From positions 1 through 41,324 of IMG/VR virus record IMGVR_UViG_2671180439_000007: a stretch of 41,324 nucleotides of DNA; one strand, given 5' to 3'. Every line of letters starts with the position of its first letter. Position 1 is the stretch's first letter. Positions 1-9,857 of the stretch are shown piece after piece. The DNA is from a virus. Its lineage: Duplodnaviria > Heunggongvirae > Uroviricota > Caudoviricetes. Made by a program: the position numbers and the translations under genes. The notes under the pieces were generated by a model, which was given only the letters and a program-made list of their open reading frames with translations, ran no database searches and was not told the origin of the DNA.

Positions 1-3
1 TAC

Positions 4-291
4 GTGTTTAAACGGTTAAATAAGAGAATGATTTTAATAAATAAATACACCCCTCCAACGCAGGAAGATTTAGCCAGACTGAAATCCGCACTAAATTACT
101 CCGGAAACCAAATGGCAGGGCTCGCAGGTGTAGCCAGCGATAGCCAATGGCGGAAATACACTGGCGGAGAGAGCCCCAGGGTAATGTCAAGACACATACT
201 GTTTTATATTGCAGCTCAGCTTGTTCTGTCTGATGAGCAACTTAACAATGTAATAAATAAAATGCGCGATATTGGCGCGGAGATAAAATAA
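4..291 (+). CDS. Small XRE-like HTH protein, possibly 5'-truncated by the window edge
   Basis: ORF begins at a GTG at position 4 with no upstream stop in the window; residues LKSALNYSGNQMAGLAGVASDSQWRKYTGG resemble an XRE helix-turn-helix; its TAA stop overlaps the next ATG (TAATG). Confidence 0.4.
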   Translation: MFKRLNKRMILINKYTPPTQEDLARLKSALNYSGNQMAGLAGVASDSQWRKYTGGESPRVMSRHILFYIAAQLVLSDEQLNNVINKMRDIGAEIK

Positions 292-1358
292 TGCTTGGTG
301 TTATCAGGTTCTTCCTCGCTTCATGTGTAATATACTTCCACCTAGCCGGTCAGTCTCCCGATTTGGGATTGTATGCAGTAAACTGCTTTTACGTAATCAG
401 CGGCTATTTAATTACGTTGATATTACACAGAACATATCACTTTGAATTTTCAAGATTTGCATTAAACAGATTTCTAAGATTATACCCCACGTACTGGTTT
501 TCTTGTTTTGTTGGTTTTATTGTAATTTCGACAAGCCAATCACCAACAATATTTCACCCATCATATGGGGTAAACTTTTCATTTGACGAGGCTCTATCTA
601 ACGTATTAATGATTCCTTGGGCATTTTACGCAGATAATATAATGACTTCGCCATTCCATAGTTTTGGTATTAACCCACTTCACTTTGACGGATATATGTT
701 CCGCATTGTTACTTCAAGTTGGTCAGTTGCTGTTGAAATAGTTTGTTATTTTCTTTTATGGGCTTTTATTGCGAGAAGTTATAAAACAGCATTACTAACA
801 ATGTTTTTAAGCATTGGTTACCACTGGTATTCTATTAAAAACGTAGACTCCCTGGTGGTCATTTACTCGCCATTTATCGCGGCCCTTCTCCCTTTCTCAA
901 TTGGTGCGCTGGGGTACTTTATATCCAACAAACTAAAAGAAGCAAATATCAAAATTTGTTCAAATGGAATAACACAAATACTATCATGCGCTATTTTTAT
1001 TATATTATTTACATCCAACTGGTATTTAAATTACATCAATAAAAACTCATTAGCATCGGTTAACTATTACGTCAACAACATAATAGCTTTGCTTGCCATA
1101 ATAAGCTTGCATTCAACCACGCCGCCTAGAAAAATAGAGAATGTGTGCAAAACTCTTGGTGATTTATCATACCCTATGTTTTTGTGTCAATTCTTTATGG
1201 GATTGGTTGCATGGGAGGCAACTGGCCACACGAATGTGACAAGGGGGCTAACGATATTTATAATCGGCTATGCCCTATCCTTTGCATTTGGATTGATAAC
1301 CATAAAGTTAATTGATCGACCAGTCTCGAAATTAAGAAATAAAATTCGGCAAACATAG
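291..1358 (+). CDS. Acyltransferase family 3 integral membrane protein (O-antigen acetylase-like, candidate lysogenic conversion gene)
   Basis: 355 aa, highly hydrophobic multi-pass protein with N-terminal pattern typical of acyltransferase_3 proteins; AT-rich relative to phage backbone; located at the prophage end after the tail fiber. Confidence 0.65.
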   Translation: MLGVIRFFLASCVIYFHLAGQSPDLGLYAVNCFYVISGYLITLILHRTYHFEFSRFALNRFLRLYPTYWFSCFVGFIVISTSQSPTIFHPSYGVNFSFDEALSNVLMIPWAFYADNIMTSPFHSFGINPLHFDGYMFRIVTSSWSVAVEIVCYFLLWAFIARSYKTALLTMFLSIGYHWYSIKNVDSLVVIYSPFIAALLPFSIGALGYFISNKLKEANIKICSNGITQILSCAIFIILFTSNWYLNYINKNSLASVNYYVNNIIALLAIISLHSTTPPRKIENVCKTLGDLSYPMFLCQFFMGLVAWEATGHTNVTRGLTIFIIGYALSFAFGLITIKLIDRPVSKLRNKIRQT

Positions 1359-1362
1359 TTAA

Positions 1363-1402
1363 ACATATGGCGCGTTGATATTTAAGTTTCACGCGCCATA
1401 TA
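1363..1402. terminator. Perfect 11-12 bp inverted repeat hairpin between convergent genes
   Basis: ATATGGCGCGT...ACGCGCCATAT with a 15-nt loop immediately after the acyltransferase stop. Confidence 0.4.
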
Positions 1403-1440
1403 AAAAGAGAATACTCATTCAATATTTTAAGAGTATTCTT
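1403..1440 (-). terminator. Rho-independent terminator of the tail fiber gene
   Basis: On the minus strand the stem GAATACTC/GAGTATTC overlaps the fiber stop codon and is followed by TCTTTTTAT. Confidence 0.5.
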
Positions 1441-2194
1441 CAATCACGCAAATACCATCTCCACCTTTTCCTGATTTGCCCACATCCTGATTGACCCCGG
1501 CACCACCGGATCCATAGGCTCTTGCATCAACAGTCGTCGCATCCTGTCCATCATAGCCTGCGCCGCCGCCCCCCCAGAATGAAACACCACCAAAGGTATT
1601 ATTTGAATAACTAGCCCCACTATTCCCATTGCCGCCTTCAATTCCGAACCCCTCACCAGTAGAACTACCACCTTTACCAAAAGAGGTTGTTCCACCAAAG
1701 GCTGTTATTAAATTACCGAATTTTGAATCCCCACCAGCATTACCAATATCTCCGGCTCCGCTACAAGATTCCCCTCCAGCCCCGATTGTGATAGTAGTAT
1801 TGCCTGCGGGTACATTAATAAAAGCAATCCGGGTCCCTCCGGCCCCGCCTGAACGAGCATAGGTTGAACTGCCAGCTGATTTTCCTCCTGATGCGCCTCC
1901 ACCAGTGATTGTAACTTTAATTTTTTTGGTTCCTTTAGTTGGAGTGTAAGTCCCTGACTTAGTAAAGGTGACAATATTAAGCAGGCGACCGCCACCAATC
2001 GCTTTAAGAACCTGTGAATCATCATCAGGATCAAGCTCAAGCCCCGCACCCTCAACAACGTTTACCAGCTCACGCTGAAAGGTATTCATCATCTCAGCAT
2101 TAATTATTGTCGGTGGAATACCATTAGCGACATTACCATTAGTGTATTCACCATTAGCATCAGCGGTGTCAGTTGTACTGCCAACTTTTCTCAT
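1427..2194 (-). CDS. Glycine-rich tail fiber protein (short)
   Basis: N-terminal segment GIPPTIINAEMMNTFQRELVNVV resembles the conserved tail-fiber N-terminal domain; remainder is GGxGG-type glycine repeats; position distal to baseplate genes. Confidence 0.6.
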   Translation of the reverse strand: MRKVGSTTDTADANGEYTNGNVANGIPPTIINAEMMNTFQRELVNVVEGAGLELDPDDDSQVLKAIGGGRLLNIVTFTKSGTYTPTKGTKKIKVTITGGGASGGKSAGSSTYARSGGAGGTRIAFINVPAGNTTITIGAGGESCSGAGDIGNAGGDSKFGNLITAFGGTTSFGKGGSSTGEGFGIEGGNGNSGASYSNNTFGGVSFWGGGGAGYDGQDATTVDARAYGSGGAGVNQDVGKSGKGGDGICVIEEYS

Positions 2195-2220
2195 ATAAAC
2201 CTTCTTTTTAAATGTCTGAA

Positions 2221-2895
2221 TTAAACGTAACCGGAAGCGATATCAAATATTCTGGCAAACTCAGGCGTGACTTCGTAAACCCCCTCATCGTTAAAACCGA
2301 AATAGATATAGCCGAATTTGACCAGGGTGTATGAGGGGGCGAGGGCATTAATCCGGCATTCAAGCTGACGATTACCCCAGGAACGTAATGGATCGCCACA
2401 ATAACTCAGACCCGCACGGGCATAAGTTATCGTTGTGTCTTCTGCCTCTACCAGCCAGACAAATGGCCAGTCATCCCCATTTAGCCCGTCACCACATACC
2501 GATAAGCCAGCACGCGCCTGCCGGTATTCCTTAATCGAAATCGTATAACCCATTGCTGCGGCAATACTGATGAAATAGCTCTTTGACTGCCCGCCGGTAC
2601 TGATGAGTTTCGATACAATGCCAGACTGACGCTTCGCAATCGTATCCACTTCGCCAATCGAGCAATCATCAGGTAAGCCGAGTGTTTTTTCCCACTCGGT
2701 GAGCATAATCGTCGCAGTTTTTGGAAAGGCACCGCGCAGCAATGCGAGTGCGTCGTTATCACTACGCTGGAAACTGGCCGCAATGGCCCGCAGTACAGCG
2801 GCCTGAACAGCTTTTGGATCCCGTGTCCACGCTCGGCCGGTGGGGATAAGCGCCTGCAGTGCCTTCTGATAATCGTCTGTTGAGAAAAGGCTCAT
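2221..2895 (-). CDS. Mu gp48-like tail protein (DUF2313/YmfQ-like)
   Basis: 224 aa; position directly downstream of baseplate J-like gene; 4-nt overlap with upstream gene (coupling). Confidence 0.6.
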   Translation of the reverse strand: MSLFSTDDYQKALQALIPTGRAWTRDPKAVQAAVLRAIAASFQRSDNDALALLRGAFPKTATIMLTEWEKTLGLPDDCSIGEVDTIAKRQSGIVSKLISTGGQSKSYFISIAAAMGYTISIKEYRQARAGLSVCGDGLNGDDWPFVWLVEAEDTTITYARAGLSYCGDPLRSWGNRQLECRINALAPSYTLVKFGYIYFGFNDEGVYEVTPEFARIFDIASGYV

Positions 2896-4040
2896 GTGTA
2901 GTTCACCTCACCACGAACAGCCAGCTCCCCAACTCCCGGCTCAATATTCGCAGAAGGCGACACAAGGATATAACCTGAAGTACCGGCAACATCCCCTATC
3001 GCACGGTTGAGATCTGAAAGGTAAATTTTCCCTGTGCCGAGCGGGTTAGCGGATTCAAACAATACCCCGTCAATCGCATCAGCAATGGCCGCAGTCGTTG
3101 CACTGTCGGCATCAGATATCCCGCTTATTTCAAAATCGATAACGCGCTTGATGGGAGAGCAGACATAGTTAAGGGAAGTAACCGGCGCAAGCTGATACAT
3201 ATAATCGGCAACTCTCCCCTGATCCCCGGTGGCTTTTACAGCCCCCCACTCTTCCAGTTGAGAGACACCGTCAGTTCCTACAGGGAATCCATGATTGGTT
3301 TTATCATCGCCGTCGCACATGATGTAAATCACCACGGTACCCGGCCCCATCCCCCGGCGCCGTATCCATGCCCTGGTGATCCCCGACACGGATAAAGCCC
3401 AGCTTTTATAATCAGTGTCACTCCCTCCCTGCGGGGGATTCTGATACGCCAGCAGACCACGTAATCGGAAATCCTCTTCACTTTCAATGTTAGCGCCGCC
3501 GGTGGCAGGCTCAATCAGCGTGACCGAGCTGTCTATGCCGGGGGCATTAGCATCCAGTGTAAGAATGGTGCCAGCATCGGCATTTCCGGAAGCGCCTCCT
3601 CCTGTCACATCGTCTGTGATATCCGGCAAAACCGCTGTTACGGCGACCGTCGCACTGCCAGTGGTATTTATCGTTATGGCGTCATCGGTTATGTACTGGT
3701 AACCATCATCACGGTTTAACACAGCCCCTTTTGACAGTGTTTTTCCCGGTGTTCCGGTAACTTTCGCCGCCGGAGAGCGTGCTGCCGTTGCGGCTTTTCG
3801 GTAAATCTGCTTTAGTGCCATCCATCCGGCAAGCCACTCATCGGTAGAGGTGAAAGGCGTGCTCTGACGGGCAATATAATCCAGGTAGGCGTAGTGCAGA
3901 TGGGCCATGCCCGCATCCATATCAGCGAGCACCTTAAGGTTGCCAAACCGCAACAACGCGCCAACACTTTCAAGCTCTGCCTGCATAAACTGGCGATTCT
4001 CCTGCCGGAGCTCGCTCAGTGTTTTCCGCTTAAATGGCAT
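2892..4040 (-). CDS. Baseplate J-like protein (Mu gp47-like)
   Basis: 382 aa; size, position and overlap pattern in a Mu-type baseplate module. Confidence 0.7.
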   Translation of the reverse strand: MPFKRKTLSELRQENRQFMQAELESVGALLRFGNLKVLADMDAGMAHLHYAYLDYIARQSTPFTSTDEWLAGWMALKQIYRKAATAARSPAAKVTGTPGKTLSKGAVLNRDDGYQYITDDAITINTTGSATVAVTAVLPDITDDVTGGGASGNADAGTILTLDANAPGIDSSVTLIEPATGGANIESEEDFRLRGLLAYQNPPQGGSDTDYKSWALSVSGITRAWIRRRGMGPGTVVIYIMCDGDDKTNHGFPVGTDGVSQLEEWGAVKATGDQGRVADYMYQLAPVTSLNYVCSPIKRVIDFEISGISDADSATTAAIADAIDGVLFESANPLGTGKIYLSDLNRAIGDVAGTSGYILVSPSANIEPGVGELAVRGEVNYT

Positions 4041-4479
4041 TATTCAGTTGCTCCCATAGCCAGAAGAATTTGAACTCCTGCCAGTCCCCCGCCGGCGGCA
4101 AATACCGGATGATGAGGTTCAGCCTGTTCGGGAAAACAATCTCTGACTGAGCCTCTATCGCTGCTGCAATACCATCCGACTTCATCCAGGCCAGAGCCTC
4201 TTCGGCGTAATCTTCAGCTCTCATCGCCACTTCGCGCGTCAGTTTTTCACGCCGCAGTAGCCACAGCCTTGAGCCAATATTCCGATCGTTGTCCAGATCC
4301 CCCCACCAGCCGCGGCGGTCAGTTCCTTCATAATCATCATCAGCGCGCGCCAGTCCGTCAGTAAACAAACTGATAATAATGGCCGTGTGCATATCATTCT
4401 CAGATGTCAGTACGCCGTTACCGGTTTGCCAGTCAGCATGAATGGCATCCACATCCCAGAATGAGGAAATATCACTCAT
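4030..4479 (-). CDS. Mu gp46-like baseplate protein
   Basis: 149 aa; overlaps neighbours by 4-11 nt; synteny with Mu gp45-gp47. Confidence 0.65.
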   Translation of the reverse strand: MSDISSFWDVDAIHADWQTGNGVLTSENDMHTAIIISLFTDGLARADDDYEGTDRRGWWGDLDNDRNIGSRLWLLRREKLTREVAMRAEDYAEEALAWMKSDGIAAAIEAQSEIVFPNRLNLIIRYLPPAGDWQEFKFFWLWEQLNNAI

Positions 4480-5057
4480 ACCTGACTCTCTGTTTTTTCG
4501 CTTGTGATCGTGCTATCGCCGGACTGAACTTCTTTAACGTCATGGTCATGATCGTTGTGAGCATCCCGCAGCGCTTTGAGCGTTGAATTGTTCGTCTCGC
4601 AGTTATCGATGATGTCACCCGTCACCAGGAGTTTGGGGGTAACCAGCTTTACCTGTTCCGTTGCCGTCGCGGTGATGTTTCTGGCATTGTTGATCTCTAC
4701 ATCTTTGCCTTTCGCATCAATGAAAATTCCCGCCTCAGTCAGATGAATATTCATCCCCTGCTGGTTATAGACCACCGTTTCGCCTGGCTTAAGCCCGGTA
4801 TGCCGGTAGCTTTGATGGTTAGAGGCAATGACGACGGGACTGGAGCGGTCCCCGCCGAGAAAGGCAATAACCACATCCGATCCCGCCGGCAACCCCGATG
4901 AAAAACCAAAATCAGAGAGCCGTGGGGCGCTGGCCACTTCCAGCGGAGTCTGGTACTGGATTTCCTGCACAACCCCGCTATCTTTCTGCGTGGTAATACG
5001 GCCAATTCCCAGCATGCCGGCGATGCGCGTGGCCGATTTCTTTAAATTTTGATTCAT
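4476..5057 (-). CDS. Baseplate assembly protein V / spike (Mu gp45-like)
   Basis: 193 aa; synteny; C-terminal HNDHDHD metal-binding-like motif typical of spike tips. Confidence 0.65.
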   Translation of the reverse strand: MNQNLKKSATRIAGMLGIGRITTQKDSGVVQEIQYQTPLEVASAPRLSDFGFSSGLPAGSDVVIAFLGGDRSSPVVIASNHQSYRHTGLKPGETVVYNQQGMNIHLTEAGIFIDAKGKDVEINNARNITATATEQVKLVTPKLLVTGDIIDNCETNNSTLKALRDAHNDHDHDVKEVQSGDSTITSEKTESQV

Positions 5058-6139
5058 TGGTTTAGTCCGGGTATTTGCTGGTAGAAAGCATAAGGCTGGA
5101 CAGCGAAAGCCTCCGGGGGCATCAGATAAAGGCGCGCATGGGTGCCGTCACTGTCTCTGATATAAGTCACCTCTGCGATAAGCAATTCGGTGTCAGGCAG
5201 CTGCAGACTCGGGATGTTGACCGGGATAAGCGTATTCGGCTCCCATAATTTCCCGGATTTATCGCGCCAGGAATCAATCGTCACCGTTAACTGACGGGAA
5301 CGGCCGTATCGGCGGTTCATCTCCCAGTCAATCGCTCGCTGAGCCTGTTGTGAAGCCATCAGTGTACTTTCAACAATAATGATCCGTTTTCGGTAACGCA
5401 TACTGGCCGCCTCAGGATCGCGGGCCGTCGCCAGCGTCACCGAATCATAAGCCGTATCTGGCGAGAATCCTGCAATCGGCGAAATGCTCATCGATACGCC
5501 GACGTAATCAGAAAAGCGGTCAGCCATCGAACGGCGGTAATAAGCCTGTTCGATATTTACCCCTTCTGCGATACCGCTGGCCGCGCGCTTTGTCCCCACC
5601 CTGGTCAGAAATAAGTTACCGTCAGGCTGATCGTAATAAAGCAATGCCGACCAGCGGGAGACACGATCAAGTATTTCCTGTGGCGATTCCCCCCAGTTCA
5701 GGGAAAATTGCGGAACTTTCACCAGATCATCAACGTCTGTACTTACGCCAATGTTGTAATGGGATGCGAGGCGGGAGGCAATATCAAGCGCATTACTGTT
5801 ATTGATGACGTTATTTGGCCATTCAGCAGAGCAATCAACGAGATCTGCGCACTTACTGCGGCCTGAGGCTCTGACTTCATGGCGCGAACGGGAAATAGCA
5901 GGCGACCAGTCATCAACATACCCCGTCACTACCAGGTCGTTACCAAGCTTTACCTGACAAGGCATCCCTTCCTTTACCAGCTGCTTCTGGTCACTTCCCG
6001 GAAAATAATCCATCAGTCCCAGGTCAAAATCGGAGGGAAAACGCTCAATGCCACGGGTCACCCGCACAGAGTCCCATCCTTCAATGATTTTTCCGCCCAC
6101 TGTCAGGGAGACAATATCCTGATCATTATCCGTACTCAT
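5054..6139 (-). CDS. Mu gp44 (P)-like tail/baseplate hub protein
   Basis: 361 aa; synteny between DNA-circularization-N-like gene and gpV-like gene. Confidence 0.6.
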   Translation of the reverse strand: MSTDNDQDIVSLTVGGKIIEGWDSVRVTRGIERFPSDFDLGLMDYFPGSDQKQLVKEGMPCQVKLGNDLVVTGYVDDWSPAISRSRHEVRASGRSKCADLVDCSAEWPNNVINNSNALDIASRLASHYNIGVSTDVDDLVKVPQFSLNWGESPQEILDRVSRWSALLYYDQPDGNLFLTRVGTKRAASGIAEGVNIEQAYYRRSMADRFSDYVGVSMSISPIAGFSPDTAYDSVTLATARDPEAASMRYRKRIIIVESTLMASQQAQRAIDWEMNRRYGRSRQLTVTIDSWRDKSGKLWEPNTLIPVNIPSLQLPDTELLIAEVTYIRDSDGTHARLYLMPPEAFAVQPYAFYQQIPGLNQ

Positions 6140-7536
6140 TGTCTCAACACCTTCATCGTCGTCGGCATAAATGCCGGATGCGGTACGCTGGCCTCCTGTA
6201 TCAGTTCATTTGCCCGCGAGGCATCCTGATACAGGCGGTTGGCCAGTACCAGGGCAGGAACCGGCACCGCAGTATTGATTTGCATCAACTCACTCAGTCC
6301 GGATGAAGTCTGAGCCATGGTATTCAGAAAAGCGGTTCTCACGTCCATCAATGCCGTATAAAGATCATCATCGCCACGGTCGCCCGCCAGTAGTAACGCG
6401 GTATCCAGTTGCCCGGCCACGCGTTGAGTGATTTCTTCGGCCTCATTACGACTGGTTGGGTTGTAATCTGCAGCAGCATCCGTCATGGCTCCGGTACATA
6501 GCACTACGATCAGCGTGTTCATGGTGCCAGCCAGTTGCTGGCTGCTTTCGGAACGCTGGTATCCGGTACTGGTTGAAGCCGCCAGTTTTTCAAATGCGGC
6601 AATTTTGTCACTCACGCTACCGGCGCTGGACAGAATGCGATTAATCACATCGGCAACGCCCTGAACAAATTCCTCGACCGATACAGATTCATTCAGTGCA
6701 GCCGTTGTATCGAGCACAGCCTGGCGATCCATCACCGCCCGGGCGGTAACCTGTTCAGACAATGCCTGATGGTCTTCTGAATCATCGGCATCACGATTGC
6801 CGTTAATACCCGAAGAGCTCCCGCCTACGGTCCCCTTGCTGTACCGCCCGTAACGATTATTCCCGAAAGTAGAATCCAGCACGTTACTGACGTTTGTTAC
6901 CTCACTGATGGTGTTATCCACCATATTGGTCCAGAACGTCACGGTTCCCCTGATGGTCTGAATCCCCTGCGACACACCGCGGATCTCGCTTTTAATTCTC
7001 GCGAGGGTACTGGCAACCGTCGTACTAACCAGCTTCAGATAGTTGGTGCCAACGGTATCCCCCGCGGCGGCACTGTCGGTAACGGCAAAGACCTTTAACC
7101 CCGACTCAATGACCATCAGGGTAAATTCAAACGAACGGCCGTTGTCGGCGGAACCGGAAAGCCTTAAACCATTCTCAGGTATGGAAACGGTCATCTCCCC
7201 CAGCGTGGGGTGAATGAGCGTACCACTCCCCTTAGCTTCACACGCATTGATCAATGACTGGCGCTGAGAAATAACGTCGCCACCGCCGTATACCAGACTG
7301 TTCTGGACGATAAAGCCACGGATAATAAATCGCCGTGTCCCGCGCCCCATATCCTCAATCCAGGCGGTATCACGGTATGGATATTCATGAACCGCCTGCC
7401 GCCGGCCATGACTGCCTTCCTCATTCACCACAGCAAAAGGCACGCCCCGGAACGAGCCGGGACGTAGCTGGCTCAACCAGTCCTCACTACCACCGCCCCC
7501 CATCAGAGAAGTTATTGCATCCTGGATAATTGCCAT
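6136..7536 (-). CDS. Mu gp43 (N)-like DNA circularization protein
   Basis: 466 aa; N-terminal LRPGSFRGVPFAV...HEYPYRD...EDMGRG pattern as recalled for Mu N family; follows the tape measure gene. Confidence 0.65.
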   Translation of the reverse strand: MAIIQDAITSLMGGGGSEDWLSQLRPGSFRGVPFAVVNEEGSHGRRQAVHEYPYRDTAWIEDMGRGTRRFIIRGFIVQNSLVYGGGDVISQRQSLINACEAKGSGTLIHPTLGEMTVSIPENGLRLSGSADNGRSFEFTLMVIESGLKVFAVTDSAAAGDTVGTNYLKLVSTTVASTLARIKSEIRGVSQGIQTIRGTVTFWTNMVDNTISEVTNVSNVLDSTFGNNRYGRYSKGTVGGSSSGINGNRDADDSEDHQALSEQVTARAVMDRQAVLDTTAALNESVSVEEFVQGVADVINRILSSAGSVSDKIAAFEKLAASTSTGYQRSESSQQLAGTMNTLIVVLCTGAMTDAAADYNPTSRNEAEEITQRVAGQLDTALLLAGDRGDDDLYTALMDVRTAFLNTMAQTSSGLSELMQINTAVPVPALVLANRLYQDASRANELIQEASVPHPAFMPTTMKVLRQ

Positions 7537-7582
7537 CAGGCCTCCTGAATTAAAAAACCGCCAGGGTGGCGGTTTAATAGGG

Positions 7583-9436
7583 TTAGTAATTCATGGCGGT
7601 TGTTATTCTGCCGTTATCCTCGACGTTATAGGTTTTCTTCTCCCCCTTATCATTGACCAGGGTGATTTCCAGCTTCATTTTCTGATCGGCCATCGCCTCT
7701 TTGAGGGACCGGGTCAGGTTTTCACTGACAGTGTCTCTCCCATTACCGGAAGCTGTCAGGATTGAGGAACTGTCAAACTTGTCCGGTTGCGGTACGAGGA
7801 TGTTCTCTCTCTGCTGGCTGAGCACTCGGCTGTCACGAAGACCAGACCAGCGCGGATCACTGATAGCCGTCTGAATTGCCGCCCGTATCTCATCTTCAGA
7901 ATATGGCTGCGCCCCATTCTCATGCTGAATCATGGCCGCCATGACTGACTTCAGCACCTCCGGGTTATGCAGATCCACCCGCTGCTGGGGTTGAATACCT
8001 GTCGCGGCCGATACTGAATTGATATAGGACTGCGTATCATTTTCCGAGCGTGGCGCATAAGTGTGGATCATGCTGTTCAGCGTGTTATTCCCACGATCGC
8101 CATATAACATCAGTTGCCGGGCCATTGCCGCCAGCCCGTCGCTGCTGTTGTCATAAGTGACGAAACCACGATTCACCCCGGTCGCATTAGGCGCTATCCG
8201 GAGATTGCCGGGGTTATTATTTCTCAGGCCCAGTGCCTGGTTAGATGGCTGGCTGTAATTCACTTCTCTGCGTGGAGCTGCTGCACCTGCTGGCAGGATG
8301 ACAGACAAATCATTTCGGAGTTGTTCAGCTCTGTCCCCGGCGCCATATTGCGCGTCGTAGCGTTTACGGACGGCATCAGTCATAAAGCCGGCATCCACCG
8401 CTCCGCGCTCGCGCCGGGAAAGGGTGTTATACAGCGCCTTATCACCCTGAATGCGGCGTAGCTTCCAGGCATCCTTGCTACTGATAAACCCCAGCGCATG
8501 CGACAGCCCGGTGAAATCGCCATTCGTGAACAAGTCGGTCACTCCTTCAAGGCCGTCTTTCACCGAACCATCGGAAAGCAATCCCTTAAACAGAGAGTTT
8601 TTCGAACGGTTTTTCAGCCCATCCCATGCAGCGCCCAGCTCATTCATGGAGCCGTTAACCTCGGACAATTGCCGGTTAAGTTCCGGATCAACCGTCAGGC
8701 CAAGTTCATCAGATTTAGCCAGCAATGCTTTCATCCGTACGCCTTCACGCATCAGCGCCAGCATTTCCGGCGTCAACCCGAGGGCATCGGAAACTGATTT
8801 CTGCTGGTCCGGTCGCAGACTCGGGAAAACGCGTGCTATCGACTCCAGCGTTCTCAGCGTATCAACGGATCCATCATTGTTTTTCTGGATCTGAACGCCA
8901 ATCTGTGACAATGCGCCGAGCACCTGGCTGTTGGCACCACTGGCGGCCTCCTTCAGGCTTTTAGCCATCCCCTCGATGGAGGAATTTGCACTGTCGCCAT
9001 CAGCACCCAGTATCCGCATGGTACCGGACAGGCGGGAAAAATCGTCCACTCGCATACCCGCATTTTTCGCGGCGACATCGAGGTTATAGGCTTCCCTTGA
9101 GGCCTCATGGAAACCGTAGGCAATCTGTTTTAGCCCATATCCCGCCGCTCCAACAACCCCCAGTGATGCCAGCTTACCGGAGAGCTCACCGACCATCTTC
9201 AGCGGTGGTACCATGTCCCCGATGTACTGAACATTATCACGGGCATTTTTGGACAGATTTTCGAAGCGGGAAATAAAGCCGTTCAGTCCATCGAGGGTCT
9301 CCTGCCCTCCTAACTGGAGTCCCTCTTTGGTTTTATCCAGCTTTGGTTCCAGATCACGGATAGCCTCATTGATACGCTCAATGGCTTCCGTCGCCTGGTC
9401 GCTGGCCACCAGCTCAAAGTCGAAAGAATTACTCAT
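7583..9436 (-). CDS. Tail tape measure protein
   Basis: 617 aa, largely predicted helical/low complexity, immediately downstream of frameshifted chaperone pair. Confidence 0.75.
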   Translation of the reverse strand: MSNSFDFELVASDQATEAIERINEAIRDLEPKLDKTKEGLQLGGQETLDGLNGFISRFENLSKNARDNVQYIGDMVPPLKMVGELSGKLASLGVVGAAGYGLKQIAYGFHEASREAYNLDVAAKNAGMRVDDFSRLSGTMRILGADGDSANSSIEGMAKSLKEAASGANSQVLGALSQIGVQIQKNNDGSVDTLRTLESIARVFPSLRPDQQKSVSDALGLTPEMLALMREGVRMKALLAKSDELGLTVDPELNRQLSEVNGSMNELGAAWDGLKNRSKNSLFKGLLSDGSVKDGLEGVTDLFTNGDFTGLSHALGFISSKDAWKLRRIQGDKALYNTLSRRERGAVDAGFMTDAVRKRYDAQYGAGDRAEQLRNDLSVILPAGAAAPRREVNYSQPSNQALGLRNNNPGNLRIAPNATGVNRGFVTYDNSSDGLAAMARQLMLYGDRGNNTLNSMIHTYAPRSENDTQSYINSVSAATGIQPQQRVDLHNPEVLKSVMAAMIQHENGAQPYSEDEIRAAIQTAISDPRWSGLRDSRVLSQQRENILVPQPDKFDSSSILTASGNGRDTVSENLTRSLKEAMADQKMKLEITLVNDKGEKKTYNVEDNGRITTAMNY

Positions 9437-9856
9437 CGGGTTCGGGATTCCTGAGTTTATTGATACGGGAGGCCTGCGATACCCACCACTTCAGACGGGC
9501 ATAGGTCATGCCCCATGCCCTGTCTTCTGTCCAGCGGAAATAAAATGTGACGTCAGCGGCCGTTTCCTGCCAGGCGGTCAGGGCTTCCAGGTCAAAAAAC
9601 CGAGCAAAAACTCCTCGCATTTTCGGAAGTCGATAAAATCCATCGGCTGAAGCACACTTTCCCGCGTATCCGTGACCAGCGAGATCAGCAGGCGCATCGC
9701 CGCCAGTGAAGTGGACGATGCCTGCTTTTCGTAGAACTGCTCTGCCTGGCTGAGCGTCGGCGCCTTCAGCTCCAGTTGCTCATAGCGTGTTTTTTGCGCC
9801 TCATCGACCAGAGGCTTGATGAGGGGAATGACTTTGGTGCGTTCAAGTTCTGCCAT
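9429..9856 (-). CDS. Tail assembly chaperone pair (G/GT-like) with putative programmed -1 frameshift
   Basis: 92-aa ORF (9578-9856) overlaps a 63-aa ORF (9429-9620) in the -1 frame; slippery heptamer T TTT TTG (plus-strand CAAAAAA at 9593-9599) lies in the overlap. Confidence 0.6.
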
Positions 9857-9857
9857 C

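Noticed and set aside
7583-9436. Several plus-strand ORFs (8114-8461, 8451-8894, 8498-8797, 8725-8964, 8986-9276)
   Set aside because: Antisense to the tape measure gene, no SD signals, biased low-complexity translations typical of GC-rich antisense frames
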